This document shows, piece after piece, positions 10,462 through 19,519 of a DNA stretch of 32,000 nucleotides. Position 1 is the stretch's first letter. Each line of letters starts with the position of its first letter. A model generated the notes under the pieces. The model saw only the letters and a program-made list of their open reading frames with translations. It searched no databases and was not told the origin of the DNA. This DNA is from Ignicoccus islandicus DSM 13165 (GTDB taxonomy: Archaea; Thermoproteota; Thermoprotei_A; Sulfolobales; Ignicoccaceae), in contig NZ_CP006867.1 in assembly GCF_001481685.1 (NCBI RefSeq), positions 30,001-62,000 on the forward strand, written 5' to 3'. The position numbers were made by a program, and so were the translations under genes.

Positions 10462-10872
10462 ATGCATGATATACTAATACTTGTGAAAATGTTGGAAGTT
10501 TCTTCTATAATGAAGGAAAATTTAGTTTCGTGCGAACCCAACTGTAAGATTGAGAAGGCTATCAAATTAATGGCCAAGAACGATGTAGGTAGTGTTGTTG
10601 TTGAGAGAGGAAGACTTGTAGGAATATTTACTGAGAGAGATCTCGTTAAGGCTCTTTCTAAGGGCGTATCGCTAGAAGCGCCAATTCGTGAGGTCATGTC
10701 AAGAGATCCTATAGTTGCACTAAAAGACGAGAGTTTGGAAAGCATCGTTCATAAGATGCTTGAGCGCGGCGTAAGACACATCCCTATAGTTGATAGTGAA
10801 GGACGACCTATTGGAGTAATAAGCCTGAAAGACGTTGTAAGGAAACTTTATATTGATTGCGGAAATATATGA
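10462..10872 (+). CDS. CBS-domain protein (two CBS motifs)
   Basis: GSVVVERGRLVGIFTERDLVKAL and VRHIPIVDSEGRPIGVISLKDVVRKL. Confidence 0.92.
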   Translation: MHDILILVKMLEVSSIMKENLVSCEPNCKIEKAIKLMAKNDVGSVVVERGRLVGIFTERDLVKALSKGVSLEAPIREVMSRDPIVALKDESLESIVHKMLERGVRHIPIVDSEGRPIGVISLKDVVRKLYIDCGNI

Positions 10873-11615
10873 TTTTTCAGTTCTCTTAATCTGAAAATAG
10901 TAACCTCTGTAAGAGCACATGCTAGTGCAGCAACGCTCCGCGCGACTTTCCGAATTCTCTTAGGATCTTGTAATAATCTCCAAGCCCATTCGAGACCTAA
11001 ATTGTATATTATGTCAGGCGCTCTCTTCTCTACTCCCGCAACCATCTTGAGCGCTCCACCCACTCCTATGGCTAATCCTACCCCTCCTTTCTCTAAATAT
11101 GGACTAAGGGCATCTATCAAGAGCTCTTGTTTGGGAGGACCGAGTGCGATAATCACCACCGAGGGCTTTAATTCCAAGATCAAGTTACCTATAGATTCTA
11201 TTTTCTCGCGTTCGCGACGAGGATCTAATGGTACCTCACCTGGATCGAAATAAAATAATGGTGCATCTGGGAATTTATTGCGCACTTTTTCAAATATTTC
11301 ATTTGACGCACCTACTATCAAAGTTCTTACTTTGTTCCGTTGCACTTCTTCAAGAAGTCTGAATATTAGTCTGCTACCGGGAGCTTTCCTTAGTGGAATT
11401 TTTCCATATTTGAGCCTTAATAATAGATAGACCCAGTGGCCGTCGATTACAGTAGTACCTCTATTTAACGCTTTCTTGTAATCTCTTAAACGTAAAGCCC
11501 AATAAATTATTTCCATATTTATCGTATAGACCTTTTTCCCCACATCAAAGGTTAGTATTCCTTCTCCTTGGGGATTGGTTATAGTAACCCCACATATTTC
11601 GAGAACGTTCTTCAT
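10848..11615 (-). CDS. WecG/TagA/CpsF-family glycosyltransferase
   Basis: VIDGHWVYLLLR...VIIALGPPKQELLIDAL...AIGVGGALKMVAGVEKRAPDIIYNLGLEWAWRLLQDPKRI. Confidence 0.9.
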   Translation of the reverse strand: MKNVLEICGVTITNPQGEGILTFDVGKKVYTINMEIIYWALRLRDYKKALNRGTTVIDGHWVYLLLRLKYGKIPLRKAPGSRLIFRLLEEVQRNKVRTLIVGASNEIFEKVRNKFPDAPLFYFDPGEVPLDPRREREKIESIGNLILELKPSVVIIALGPPKQELLIDALSPYLEKGGVGLAIGVGGALKMVAGVEKRAPDIIYNLGLEWAWRLLQDPKRIRKVARSVAALACALTEVTIFRLRELKNHIFPQSI

Positions 11616-11675
11616 GATAACTCCGTAAACTGTACAGTAAACGAGAATATTTAGGGAAATAATATTATGAACAAT

Positions 11676-12440
11676 CTACTTGAAAAACATGTGTCTTACC
11701 GTCTTTTTGACTAACTTCTTACTCACATATCTTGCATAAATGCTAGGAGGTATTGTACCCCTAACTATTTTTACCTTACCTTTTAATATCGAATCTATTA
11801 CTGAATATGGATCGAGTTCTTCTACTTCTATAATGTTATGCGCAGCTGCAACCATTTCGACCTCATGTGCATCGCTATTCGATACGATGGGTTTCCCAAG
11901 AGTTTTAGCAGTCGCTATGGCTCTCTCGTTTACTTTCCTAGGTGCTCTAGCGTTCCATCCCTCTATTGCATCCATATCTAGATCGTATATTAATTCACCG
12001 CAACCGTATCTTCTTTCATCGTAGGGATGAGCCGGTATGTAGAGACAGTTGTTCTTCCTCGTCCATTCGTAAAGCTTTACAGCGTCAATTGGGTAGTTGT
12101 CATCGTCTAGGACTTGAGGACAGAGGACCAGTATGTCCATTAATTTTCCCGAATATCTAGCTCTAACCTCATTACCGTATAGTACTACTAGCTCGATGCC
12201 TTTATCCTTTACATATTCGATTGCCTTCTTAGACCCCTTAAAAGTATTGTGGTCTGTGATTGAAATTGCCTTAAGCCCTTTCTCTAAAGCTGAGTGAATC
12301 ATTTCTTCTACTGTATTTAATCCATCGCTATACGTTGAATGCATATGTAGGTCAGCCTTGATTTTTGGCACATTTAGAACCCAGTAGAAAACGCTTTTGC
12401 GATTAATTTGCATTTGTTCGTTTATGCGAAGATGTAACAT
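11676..12440 (-). CDS. PHP-domain phosphoesterase
   Basis: KADLHMHSTYSDG, ISITDHNTFKG, VVLYGNEV, YIPAHPYDE, SDAHEVEMV. Confidence 0.92.
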   Translation of the reverse strand: MLHLRINEQMQINRKSVFYWVLNVPKIKADLHMHSTYSDGLNTVEEMIHSALEKGLKAISITDHNTFKGSKKAIEYVKDKGIELVVLYGNEVRARYSGKLMDILVLCPQVLDDDNYPIDAVKLYEWTRKNNCLYIPAHPYDERRYGCGELIYDLDMDAIEGWNARAPRKVNERAIATAKTLGKPIVSNSDAHEVEMVAAAHNIIEVEELDPYSVIDSILKGKVKIVRGTIPPSIYARYVSKKLVKKTVRHMFFK

Positions 12441-12578
12441 TTAAACCATCGTTAGGAATTCAAACGCATATAAGTAATTGATTGGGTGTGTTAGGTTATT
12501 ATGTGTTCCGAGGTACTCACTTGCCTTTACTTAATATTCGTTATCAAACACAATGGTCGAGAGGGGGTATGAGAAGAC

Positions 12579-13778
12579 GTGATGCCGCTTCTAGGAGTCG
12601 TAGGTAAGACTAACGTAGGTAAGTCAACTTTCTTCTCTGCAGCAACCATGGTAGAAGTTCCAATAGAGAACAGACCTTTCGTTACCATAGATCCTAACAT
12701 AGGTATTGGGTACGTTAGAGTACCTTGCGTGCATGTTAAGTTGGGCTTACCGCAATGCAACCCCATTGACGGTTTCTGTATGAAGGGTTGGCGATTTATC
12801 CCGGTTAAATTAATGGACGTTGCTGGACTTGTTCCCGGTGCCTCCGAGGGGAGGGGTCTAGGAAGCCAATTCCTTGAGAAAGTTAGTCGAAGCGATGCCT
12901 TACTTATAGTAGTAGACGCGTCTGGCAGTACTGATGAAGAGGGAAATCCAGTTCCTCCTGGATCTCATGACCCAACTGAAGACGTTAAAATTCTGCTTGA
13001 GGAGTATGTAAATTGGATGTTTTCTCAAATATTAAAAGACTGGAAGAGCTTTAGTATGAAGGTCGACACCAGCGGTGAATCTATTGAAGACGCCCTATAT
13101 AAGCGTCTAAGCGGCTTCAAGGTGAAGAGAGATCAAATTAAGTTAGCTTTAGATGAATTATCGCCGCCATCCAAGCTCTCCAAATGGTCCCAAGCTGATA
13201 TAAAGAGCTTTATCGATAAAGTTGTTGAGTTTAAGCCCAAGGTAATTGTAGCTAACAAAGCGGACTTACCGCAAGCGGAAAGCCTCATTGAACGATTGAA
13301 AGAGCAACTCCCATACAAAGTTATTCCAACATCTGCAGCTGCAGAGATGATACTTAGGAAGGCGGCCAAGGAAGGGTATATAGAATACGTCCCTGGTGAT
13401 GCCGACTTCACTGAGGTTAAGACGTTAAGTCCCAAACAAAAGAAGGTACTTGAGACTATTAGGAAAAACGTCTTAGAAAAATGGGGATCTACTGGTGTTG
13501 TACAGTCTCTCAATACAGTTGTATTCGATGAAATGGATATGACAGTGGTGTATCCGGTACATGATGTAAATAGATATACAGACACCGAAGGTAGAGTATT
13601 GCCAGAAGCCAGACTCGTCAAAAAAGGTATAACAGTCAGGGAGTTCGCAGGCCTAATACACTCTGATTTTCAGAAGCACTTTCTATATGCAATCGATGCA
13701 TTATCTTCACGAAAGCTTGGCGGAGAGCATAGAATTGATAGGGAAATGGTTATTAAGATAGTATCCGCCAAGAAGTGA
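12579..13778 (+). CDS. ychF: YchF/Obg-related GTP-binding protein with C-terminal TGS-like domain
   Basis: GVVGKTNVGKSTFFSAATM, MDVAGLVPGASEGRGLGSQFL, NKADLPQA, HSDFQKHFLYAIDA. Confidence 0.93.
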   Translation: MMPLLGVVGKTNVGKSTFFSAATMVEVPIENRPFVTIDPNIGIGYVRVPCVHVKLGLPQCNPIDGFCMKGWRFIPVKLMDVAGLVPGASEGRGLGSQFLEKVSRSDALLIVVDASGSTDEEGNPVPPGSHDPTEDVKILLEEYVNWMFSQILKDWKSFSMKVDTSGESIEDALYKRLSGFKVKRDQIKLALDELSPPSKLSKWSQADIKSFIDKVVEFKPKVIVANKADLPQAESLIERLKEQLPYKVIPTSAAAEMILRKAAKEGYIEYVPGDADFTEVKTLSPKQKKVLETIRKNVLEKWGSTGVVQSLNTVVFDEMDMTVVYPVHDVNRYTDTEGRVLPEARLVKKGITVREFAGLIHSDFQKHFLYAIDALSSRKLGGEHRIDREMVIKIVSAKK

Positions 13779-13856
13779 ATGTTGACCGTATAGTCAGCAA
13801 AGAGATAATAATCTCGACCCGGAAGTTAGGGTGAGAAACTAGCGTGGTGTGCCGCC

Positions 13857-15134
13857 ATGGAAACTGTTAGTACCCCAAGACGACAGTTCTTGAAAAAAGC
13901 GCTAGCAGCTGGTGTACTCGCGGGAGCGCTTGGAAAGGTCAGCTGGGCAGAAGCAGTTGATATGATGGCTGAGGCGGTTAGGAAAGGTAAGGTCAATATC
14001 GTTTGGTGGGAAGCACAGAGTTGCACTGGCGATACCACTTCTCTGATCCAAGCCACGGATCCCGATTTAATAGAAGTCTTAACTGGTGCCATCCACCTAG
14101 CCGGACCTGGAACCGTTGGTCTCGCCTTCCATGATACTGTAATGCCGGAGTGGGGAGAAGGAGCCATAGAAATATTAAAGATGGCTGAGAAGGGAATGTA
14201 CGATCCGTTCGTATTAGTTCTCGAAGGATCCGTTCCAGATGAGACGCACGCTAGGAAGTACTGTAAGGATCCTAACAGATGCGGATACTACTGCTTCGTA
14301 GGAGAGGAGAATGGTAGAGTGATAACATGTACTGAGTGGATAAGGAGACTTGCCAAGAGGGCGGTTGCAGTAGTAGCTGTTGGTAACTGCGCCTCTTATG
14401 GAGGCATCCCAGCCAATAAGGTTCTCGAACCTCCCCCAGGATGGAGTTACCCCAGTTGGAGCTTAGCGCCGACTGGCGCCGTCGGATTCTTCGATGACCC
14501 CGTAAGGGGCTACAAAGGTCTCATAAGCAGGTACGCTGATATGCCCGAATTTGAACCTTATTACAATTACATATATAGGAATTGTGAACCTAAGCTTAGC
14601 CCAGATAGCGATTGCAAACCCGCTGTTGCAGTACCCGGATGCCCAGCTAACGGTAACGGCATCCTAAGGGTTCTAGTACATATGGTTCTAGCTGCCCTCT
14701 ATCCAAAGATAGTTCCTCTACCAAAGGCATCTGAGTGGTTAGATGCCTACTCTAGGCCTAAGTACATCTTCGGTCACACTGTACACGAGCAATGCCCAAG
14801 AGCTGGGTTCTATGCAGCTGGTGACCTCAGACAAGAGCCTGGAGACAACGATGCCAAGTGTTTATTCGCCGTAGGATGCAAGGGTCCGGTAGCAAACTGT
14901 CCATGGAACAAGTTTGGATGGGTAAACGGCGTAGGTGGACCAACGAGAACGGGCGGTGTATGTATAGGCTGTACTATGCCCGGCTTTAGCGATGCCTATG
15001 AGCCGTTCTATAAGCCACTACCAGCGCCGGCAGCACCCAGCGTACCTACCGCTTTAGCCACCACTCTAGGCGCGGCGGCAATTGGTGCAATTGCAGGGTA
15101 TGCTATGTCTAAGAAGCATGGTAGCAAGAAGTGA
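13857..15134 (+). CDS. [NiFe]-hydrogenase small subunit, Tat signal plus C-terminal hydrophobic tail
   Basis: RRQFLKKALAAG Tat motif; NIVWWEAQSCTGDTTS; VGNCASYGGIPA; VPGCPANGNGIL; HTVHEQCPRAGFY; GPVANCPWNKFGW; GVCIGCTMPGF; C-terminal TALATTLGAAAIGAIAGYAMSKKHGSKK. Confidence 0.96.
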   Translation: METVSTPRRQFLKKALAAGVLAGALGKVSWAEAVDMMAEAVRKGKVNIVWWEAQSCTGDTTSLIQATDPDLIEVLTGAIHLAGPGTVGLAFHDTVMPEWGEGAIEILKMAEKGMYDPFVLVLEGSVPDETHARKYCKDPNRCGYYCFVGEENGRVITCTEWIRRLAKRAVAVVAVGNCASYGGIPANKVLEPPPGWSYPSWSLAPTGAVGFFDDPVRGYKGLISRYADMPEFEPYYNYIYRNCEPKLSPDSDCKPAVAVPGCPANGNGILRVLVHMVLAALYPKIVPLPKASEWLDAYSRPKYIFGHTVHEQCPRAGFYAAGDLRQEPGDNDAKCLFAVGCKGPVANCPWNKFGWVNGVGGPTRTGGVCIGCTMPGFSDAYEPFYKPLPAPAAPSVPTALATTLGAAAIGAIAGYAMSKKHGSKK

Positions 15135-15180
15135 ATGTATTGTTTATAATTCTAGGTTACGTGAAGGGAGGTGATTTGAA

Positions 15181-17124
15181 ATGAGCGAGATATTCCTTCC
15201 CGCATCAAACGTAAAGGGAATAAGAAACGGTGTGGCGGAACTCTTTATAGATCCGATCACCAGAATCGAGGGTCACTTAGCACTGAAAGCTGAGATAGAT
15301 GTGAATCAGAGGAAACCAAAGGACACGTGGGTTTCTGCTACTATGTTTAGAGGATTCGAGGTATTCCTTAGAGGGAGAGCACCGGAAGACGCGATAGCAA
15401 TTAGTTCTAGAGTCTGTGGCGTCTGTGGTGCGAGTCACGCTAACGCAGCAACTATTGCAACTGATATGGCATTAGGCGCTGTTCCAACAGAATTAGGCGT
15501 TGTTTTGAGGAACATGGCCTTCGCAATGACTGACCACATTTACGACCATAGCATAATACTCAACCTCCTAGGAGGTCCCGACTACAGCGAGATAGTAGTA
15601 AAGAAGCTAACTCCAAAGTGTTGGGAGAGGGCACTTGAAACTGAAGCCAAGTACAGCGATATCCACGGATATAGGAAAATAGCTGACATTATGAAGGATT
15701 TGAACCCTATAGTTGGTAAGATATGGAAATTAACTGTAAAGTATCAAAGAATAGCGCGAGAGGCCGGCGTGCTACTTTATGGAAGGCACTCTCACCCCAG
15801 TACTTTAATTCCGGGCGGAATTTCGACTGATTTAAGTACCGCCAACTCGTTACTAGAGGCCTACACCTTTAGGTTAGTGAAACTCACAGCATGGGCTAAG
15901 TTCGTCACAAGCTTCTGGATGGATCTAGCTGACTTCTATAACACTGAATGCGGTTACGAGAAACAAGGCATGACCTATCCGAAGCCTACGTTATATAGCC
16001 CTGGTCTCATGGATGATCCAGAAACCTACAGCGCTTTAGGCGACAATTACATCGACATCTACAAGGAGTTCGATAAAGCAGCAATGAATAGAGGCACGCC
16101 ATCCGGACTTTACATTGCAGGTGAACTAGTAAGCGAAAAGCCATCAGATATGCAGAGAAACGTTGTCGAGTTAGTTGACAGCTCTTTCTATGAAGAATGG
16201 AAAGACAAAACCAGTCTATTTACCAAGGAAGATCCGGCTGGTCAACCATTGGTCGGTGGTAACGAGGAGCTCATGTGGTATCATCCTTGGAATAAGACTA
16301 CCATTCCTAAGCCCACCGACATCAATTGGGGTAACAAGTACAGCTGGGCTGCAACCGTGAGGATCTACTGGAACGGTAAGTTATACCCATTCGAAGTCGG
16401 TCCGATAGCTAGAATGTTTGTAACAGCTCATAGCCAGAGAAGAACGTGGGTAGAGAAAGCTGGAGGCGGCATAAAACATGGCGGAGGTAAAATAGAGGTA
16501 ACTCTACCGGCGTCAAGAAACGTCGACGACTTACCGAAGGGCACTTGGGAAGAAGTAACCCTAACTTACCATGCTCCACCATTTAGCACTACCATCGAGA
16601 GGGTTAGGGCTAGAGCCTTTGCAATGTCTGTCGACATTGTCGAGACTTGGACTAACGTCCTTAAAGCTCTCGAGTACGTGAGCCATGGAAGAAGCAAAGC
16701 ATCCAGACCATGGAAGACTCCTTCGTGGAGCCTTGGATATGGTCAATTAGAAGCTCCTAGAGGAAACGTCGAGCACTGGATAGTAGTCAAGAATGACAGG
16801 ATAGCCAACTACCAGATACACGCCCCAACTACACAGAACGTCGGACCTAAGGGTCCGAAAGGAACCTTGAGAAAGTTCTGCTCCAACGAAGACTGGATTA
16901 CGAGGAGTCCCGATGGATATTGCATGAGCCCCTTCGAAGCTGCAGCATTCAATACAGTGGTCACTGAAGAGATAGACGCAACTCAATGGAACGGCGTTGA
17001 TTACGTCAGGGCAATAAGGAGCTTCGATCCATGTATCGCTTGTGCTGCTCACATAGAGTTCGTTAAGGACAAAAAGACGGTAAAAACCGTAAAGAAGCTC
17101 CTAGCTAATGCTTGTAGTATATAA
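15181..17124 (+). CDS. [NiFe]-hydrogenase large subunit
   Basis: DPITRIEGHLALKAEI, SRVCGVCGASHANAAT, SFDPCIACAAH (L1 and L2 nickel-binding Cys pairs), 647 aa; GGAGGTGAT RBS upstream. Confidence 0.97.
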   Translation: MSEIFLPASNVKGIRNGVAELFIDPITRIEGHLALKAEIDVNQRKPKDTWVSATMFRGFEVFLRGRAPEDAIAISSRVCGVCGASHANAATIATDMALGAVPTELGVVLRNMAFAMTDHIYDHSIILNLLGGPDYSEIVVKKLTPKCWERALETEAKYSDIHGYRKIADIMKDLNPIVGKIWKLTVKYQRIAREAGVLLYGRHSHPSTLIPGGISTDLSTANSLLEAYTFRLVKLTAWAKFVTSFWMDLADFYNTECGYEKQGMTYPKPTLYSPGLMDDPETYSALGDNYIDIYKEFDKAAMNRGTPSGLYIAGELVSEKPSDMQRNVVELVDSSFYEEWKDKTSLFTKEDPAGQPLVGGNEELMWYHPWNKTTIPKPTDINWGNKYSWAATVRIYWNGKLYPFEVGPIARMFVTAHSQRRTWVEKAGGGIKHGGGKIEVTLPASRNVDDLPKGTWEEVTLTYHAPPFSTTIERVRARAFAMSVDIVETWTNVLKALEYVSHGRSKASRPWKTPSWSLGYGQLEAPRGNVEHWIVVKNDRIANYQIHAPTTQNVGPKGPKGTLRKFCSNEDWITRSPDGYCMSPFEAAAFNTVVTEEIDATQWNGVDYVRAIRSFDPCIACAAHIEFVKDKKTVKTVKKLLANACSI

Positions 17125-17178
17125 TCATTTTTTAATCATATACCCTAATGAAATAGGCATTTTAGGAGGTGATCTAGG

Positions 17179-18003
17179 ATGAACGTTGGCGGATGGAGTT
17201 CACCATCGAATCTCTTCGGGTTCGCAGTGTACTACTTACTGGTGCCTAGCGTATTCATATTCTCTGCAGGAGCGGCATACAGACTAGTTAGAATGCTAGT
17301 CAGAGCTAGAATACCGCCTGCTCAAAGAAGGAAGTTCTCGTTCGGCGAAGCTGTAAAGGGACTTATAATGGCCTTCCTCAGACCAATAATATTCTCTATA
17401 ACTAACAAACCCGACGACTTCATTGCTGGATTGGTACTACTTCACGTGTTAGGTGTAATACCAGTACTATTCCTACTCTCCGAGCACATTGCGTGGTGGA
17501 CGTATTACTTCCCGCCCTACAAAGCTCTATGGATCTTCGCTGTACCATTAAGCGTGACGAGTAGCGTACTAACTGTTACAGCTCCAGTGATACCATCAAG
17601 TAACATGTCAACCGCGTTCGTTAACACTATCTGGGGACCGTTAACCGTACTATTGAACGGTGACTTACTAGCGATATTCGTATTAGTTGCACTAGGCTAC
17701 AAGTGTGCCGCGAGGCTGACCGAAATATTAATGAAAGGTAACCAAGCACCCTACAGGCTTGGAGACTTCGTAGCATACGCGCTGCTCTTTGGAATAATAC
17801 TTAGCGGATATATGGCAGCGAGACACTACCCTTCAGCAGATAGCGTTACTTATACGAATGTGTTAGGATTACATATATTACTGGCGGAATTACTCCTGAT
17901 ATACTTACCATTTAGTAAATATTGGCACTTCGTGTTTGGTTACTGGTATGGTAAGATTCACGAGTGGTATGATGTAGATATAAAGAGAGGTGAGGCGTTA
18001 TGA
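17179..18003 (+). CDS. Isp1-like / NarI-related cytochrome-b-type membrane subunit of the hydrogenase complex
   Basis: About five hydrophobic segments with intramembrane His candidates (LLHVLGV, SEHIAWW, LGLHILLAELL, YWHFVFGYW), directly between the hydrogenase genes and the HdrD-like gene; GGAGGTGAT RBS. Confidence 0.75.
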   Translation: MNVGGWSSPSNLFGFAVYYLLVPSVFIFSAGAAYRLVRMLVRARIPPAQRRKFSFGEAVKGLIMAFLRPIIFSITNKPDDFIAGLVLLHVLGVIPVLFLLSEHIAWWTYYFPPYKALWIFAVPLSVTSSVLTVTAPVIPSSNMSTAFVNTIWGPLTVLLNGDLLAIFVLVALGYKCAARLTEILMKGNQAPYRLGDFVAYALLFGIILSGYMAARHYPSADSVTYTNVLGLHILLAELLLIYLPFSKYWHFVFGYWYGKIHEWYDVDIKRGEAL

Positions 18004-19457
18004 GCTCCCCTAGTGGAACGGATATGAATAAGATGATGCAAGAGTTCATTGAAATGATGCAAAAGAACAAGGTTGACCTAGAGACCGCAATTAAGAAGGC
18101 TATGTCTAAAGTAGATGCCGTAATGCTTCACTACTTAGAGAACTGTATAAATTGTGCTGGATGTGCACCAGCTTGTCCATTTTACGAGGTTGGTCCAGAG
18201 TACAGCCCTGTCAACAAAGCCGAAGAAGTTAGGAAAATATATAGAAAGGAAATGACCATTGCAGGCAAAATCCTCGGCAAACTGGTAGGTGCTGAAAAGC
18301 CAACGGAGGAAGACATCGACAGATTGATGGATTTGGCTTACGCTTGTACTAACTGTGGCCACTGTTACTATACTTGTATGGTCGGTATTCATAGCGGAAA
18401 GGTCGTTGGCCTACTAAAGTCAATACTAACTGCAACTGGTAACGTTCCAACTTTGCTCGCAATGTTCGAGGCGCTAGAAGTCTATCAAATGTATAAGCAA
18501 GTTCCCGGATTAATGCAAGTTTGGCAGAGCGCTCTAGAGGAAGCACAGAAGGTAGCTGGACCAATAGAATTCGACAAGAAATTCCCCAAGGAAGATATAG
18601 GCAAGCCTAAGGTCTTCTTCCTAGGCTGGTTAACAGACGCCATGATGATGAGAGAAGGCTTTATATCCACCATAAAGATATTGAATAAGCTCAAAGAAGG
18701 TGGAGTAATAGACTGGACCATGTGGAGCGTTCCAGAGGGTATAAGAGCTCCAATAAGCGTAGTAATTGGTAACTCCGAAAACGCAGTAAAGGTGGTGAGC
18801 CACATAGCTAAGGTTATCGATGAATACAATCCCGATTACGTTGTAATGATGGACGGAGGATTCGTATATCCCACGTGGCGCTTCGAGATGTATGGAACTA
18901 TAATTAAATCCCTAGGAAAGAAGCCAGAGTGGAAGATAATTCACATAACGGAGTTATTAGACGAATTACTAAAAGAGGGTAAAATAAAATTCGAGAAGTC
19001 CAATGATGCAATAACTTGGCACGATCCTTGCCAGTTAGGTAGACACTCCGGGGTTTACGAACCTCCAAGAAACCTCCTCAAGGCAGCAAGTACAGGATAT
19101 CGCGATCTACCTCATAATAGAGAAATGAACTACTGCTGCGGTGGTGGAGGAGGGATTGGATGTATACTTCGAGAAGTGAGACTAATGATGAGTCAAATAG
19201 TTGGTATGGACATTAAGATACCACCTAAGGAAGAGGAGTTCGAGAGAAACGTTGAGAAGAAGCACCTAATAGCTGTTAGGAGGAAGATGGAAGACATAAA
19301 GAAGAGCGGTGCCGACATTGTGGCTACGGCTTGCCCAGCTTGCATCGAAACGATAGCTAGAGGAGTTAAACACTACGGTAAGGAAATGGGTATATCTCAC
19401 GTAAAAGTAATTCACATATCCGAGTACCTAGCGGACAAACTAAAGGTCGTTGGCTGA
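18000..19457 (+). CDS. Isp2-like / HdrD-related iron-sulfur protein
   Basis: CINCAGCAPACP and CTNCGHCYYTC 4Fe-4S motifs; CCG-type domains (CHDPCQLGRHSGVYEPPRNLL...NYCCGGGGG; ATACPACIETI). 4-nt overlap with upstream CDS. Confidence 0.9.
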   Translation: MSSPSGTDMNKMMQEFIEMMQKNKVDLETAIKKAMSKVDAVMLHYLENCINCAGCAPACPFYEVGPEYSPVNKAEEVRKIYRKEMTIAGKILGKLVGAEKPTEEDIDRLMDLAYACTNCGHCYYTCMVGIHSGKVVGLLKSILTATGNVPTLLAMFEALEVYQMYKQVPGLMQVWQSALEEAQKVAGPIEFDKKFPKEDIGKPKVFFLGWLTDAMMMREGFISTIKILNKLKEGGVIDWTMWSVPEGIRAPISVVIGNSENAVKVVSHIAKVIDEYNPDYVVMMDGGFVYPTWRFEMYGTIIKSLGKKPEWKIIHITELLDELLKEGKIKFEKSNDAITWHDPCQLGRHSGVYEPPRNLLKAASTGYRDLPHNREMNYCCGGGGGIGCILREVRLMMSQIVGMDIKIPPKEEEFERNVEKKHLIAVRRKMEDIKKSGADIVATACPACIETIARGVKHYGKEMGISHVKVIHISEYLADKLKVVG

Positions 19458-19519
19458 AACGAAAATTTTCACTACTATCCCAACTTTTTATAAGTTTTCT
19501 TAATAAACAGGGCAAATCC

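Noticed and set aside
13802-13815. gagataataatctc inverted repeat (5-bp arms) upstream of the hydrogenase operon, considered as an operator or terminator.
   Set aside because: Arms are only 5 bp with a 4-nt centre in AT-rich sequence; no second copy or other support.
15181-17124. Antisense ORFs inside the hydrogenase large-subunit gene (for example 16561-16746 and 16747-17052 on -).
   Set aside because: They lie opposite a clearly conserved coding sequence and have no recognisable domain content; typical shadow ORFs.
17122-17139. Direct repeat taatcat...taatcat between the hydrogenase large subunit and Isp1-like genes.
   Set aside because: Seven-nt AT-rich repeat, expected by chance; the nearby T-run might be a weak terminator but cannot be supported.
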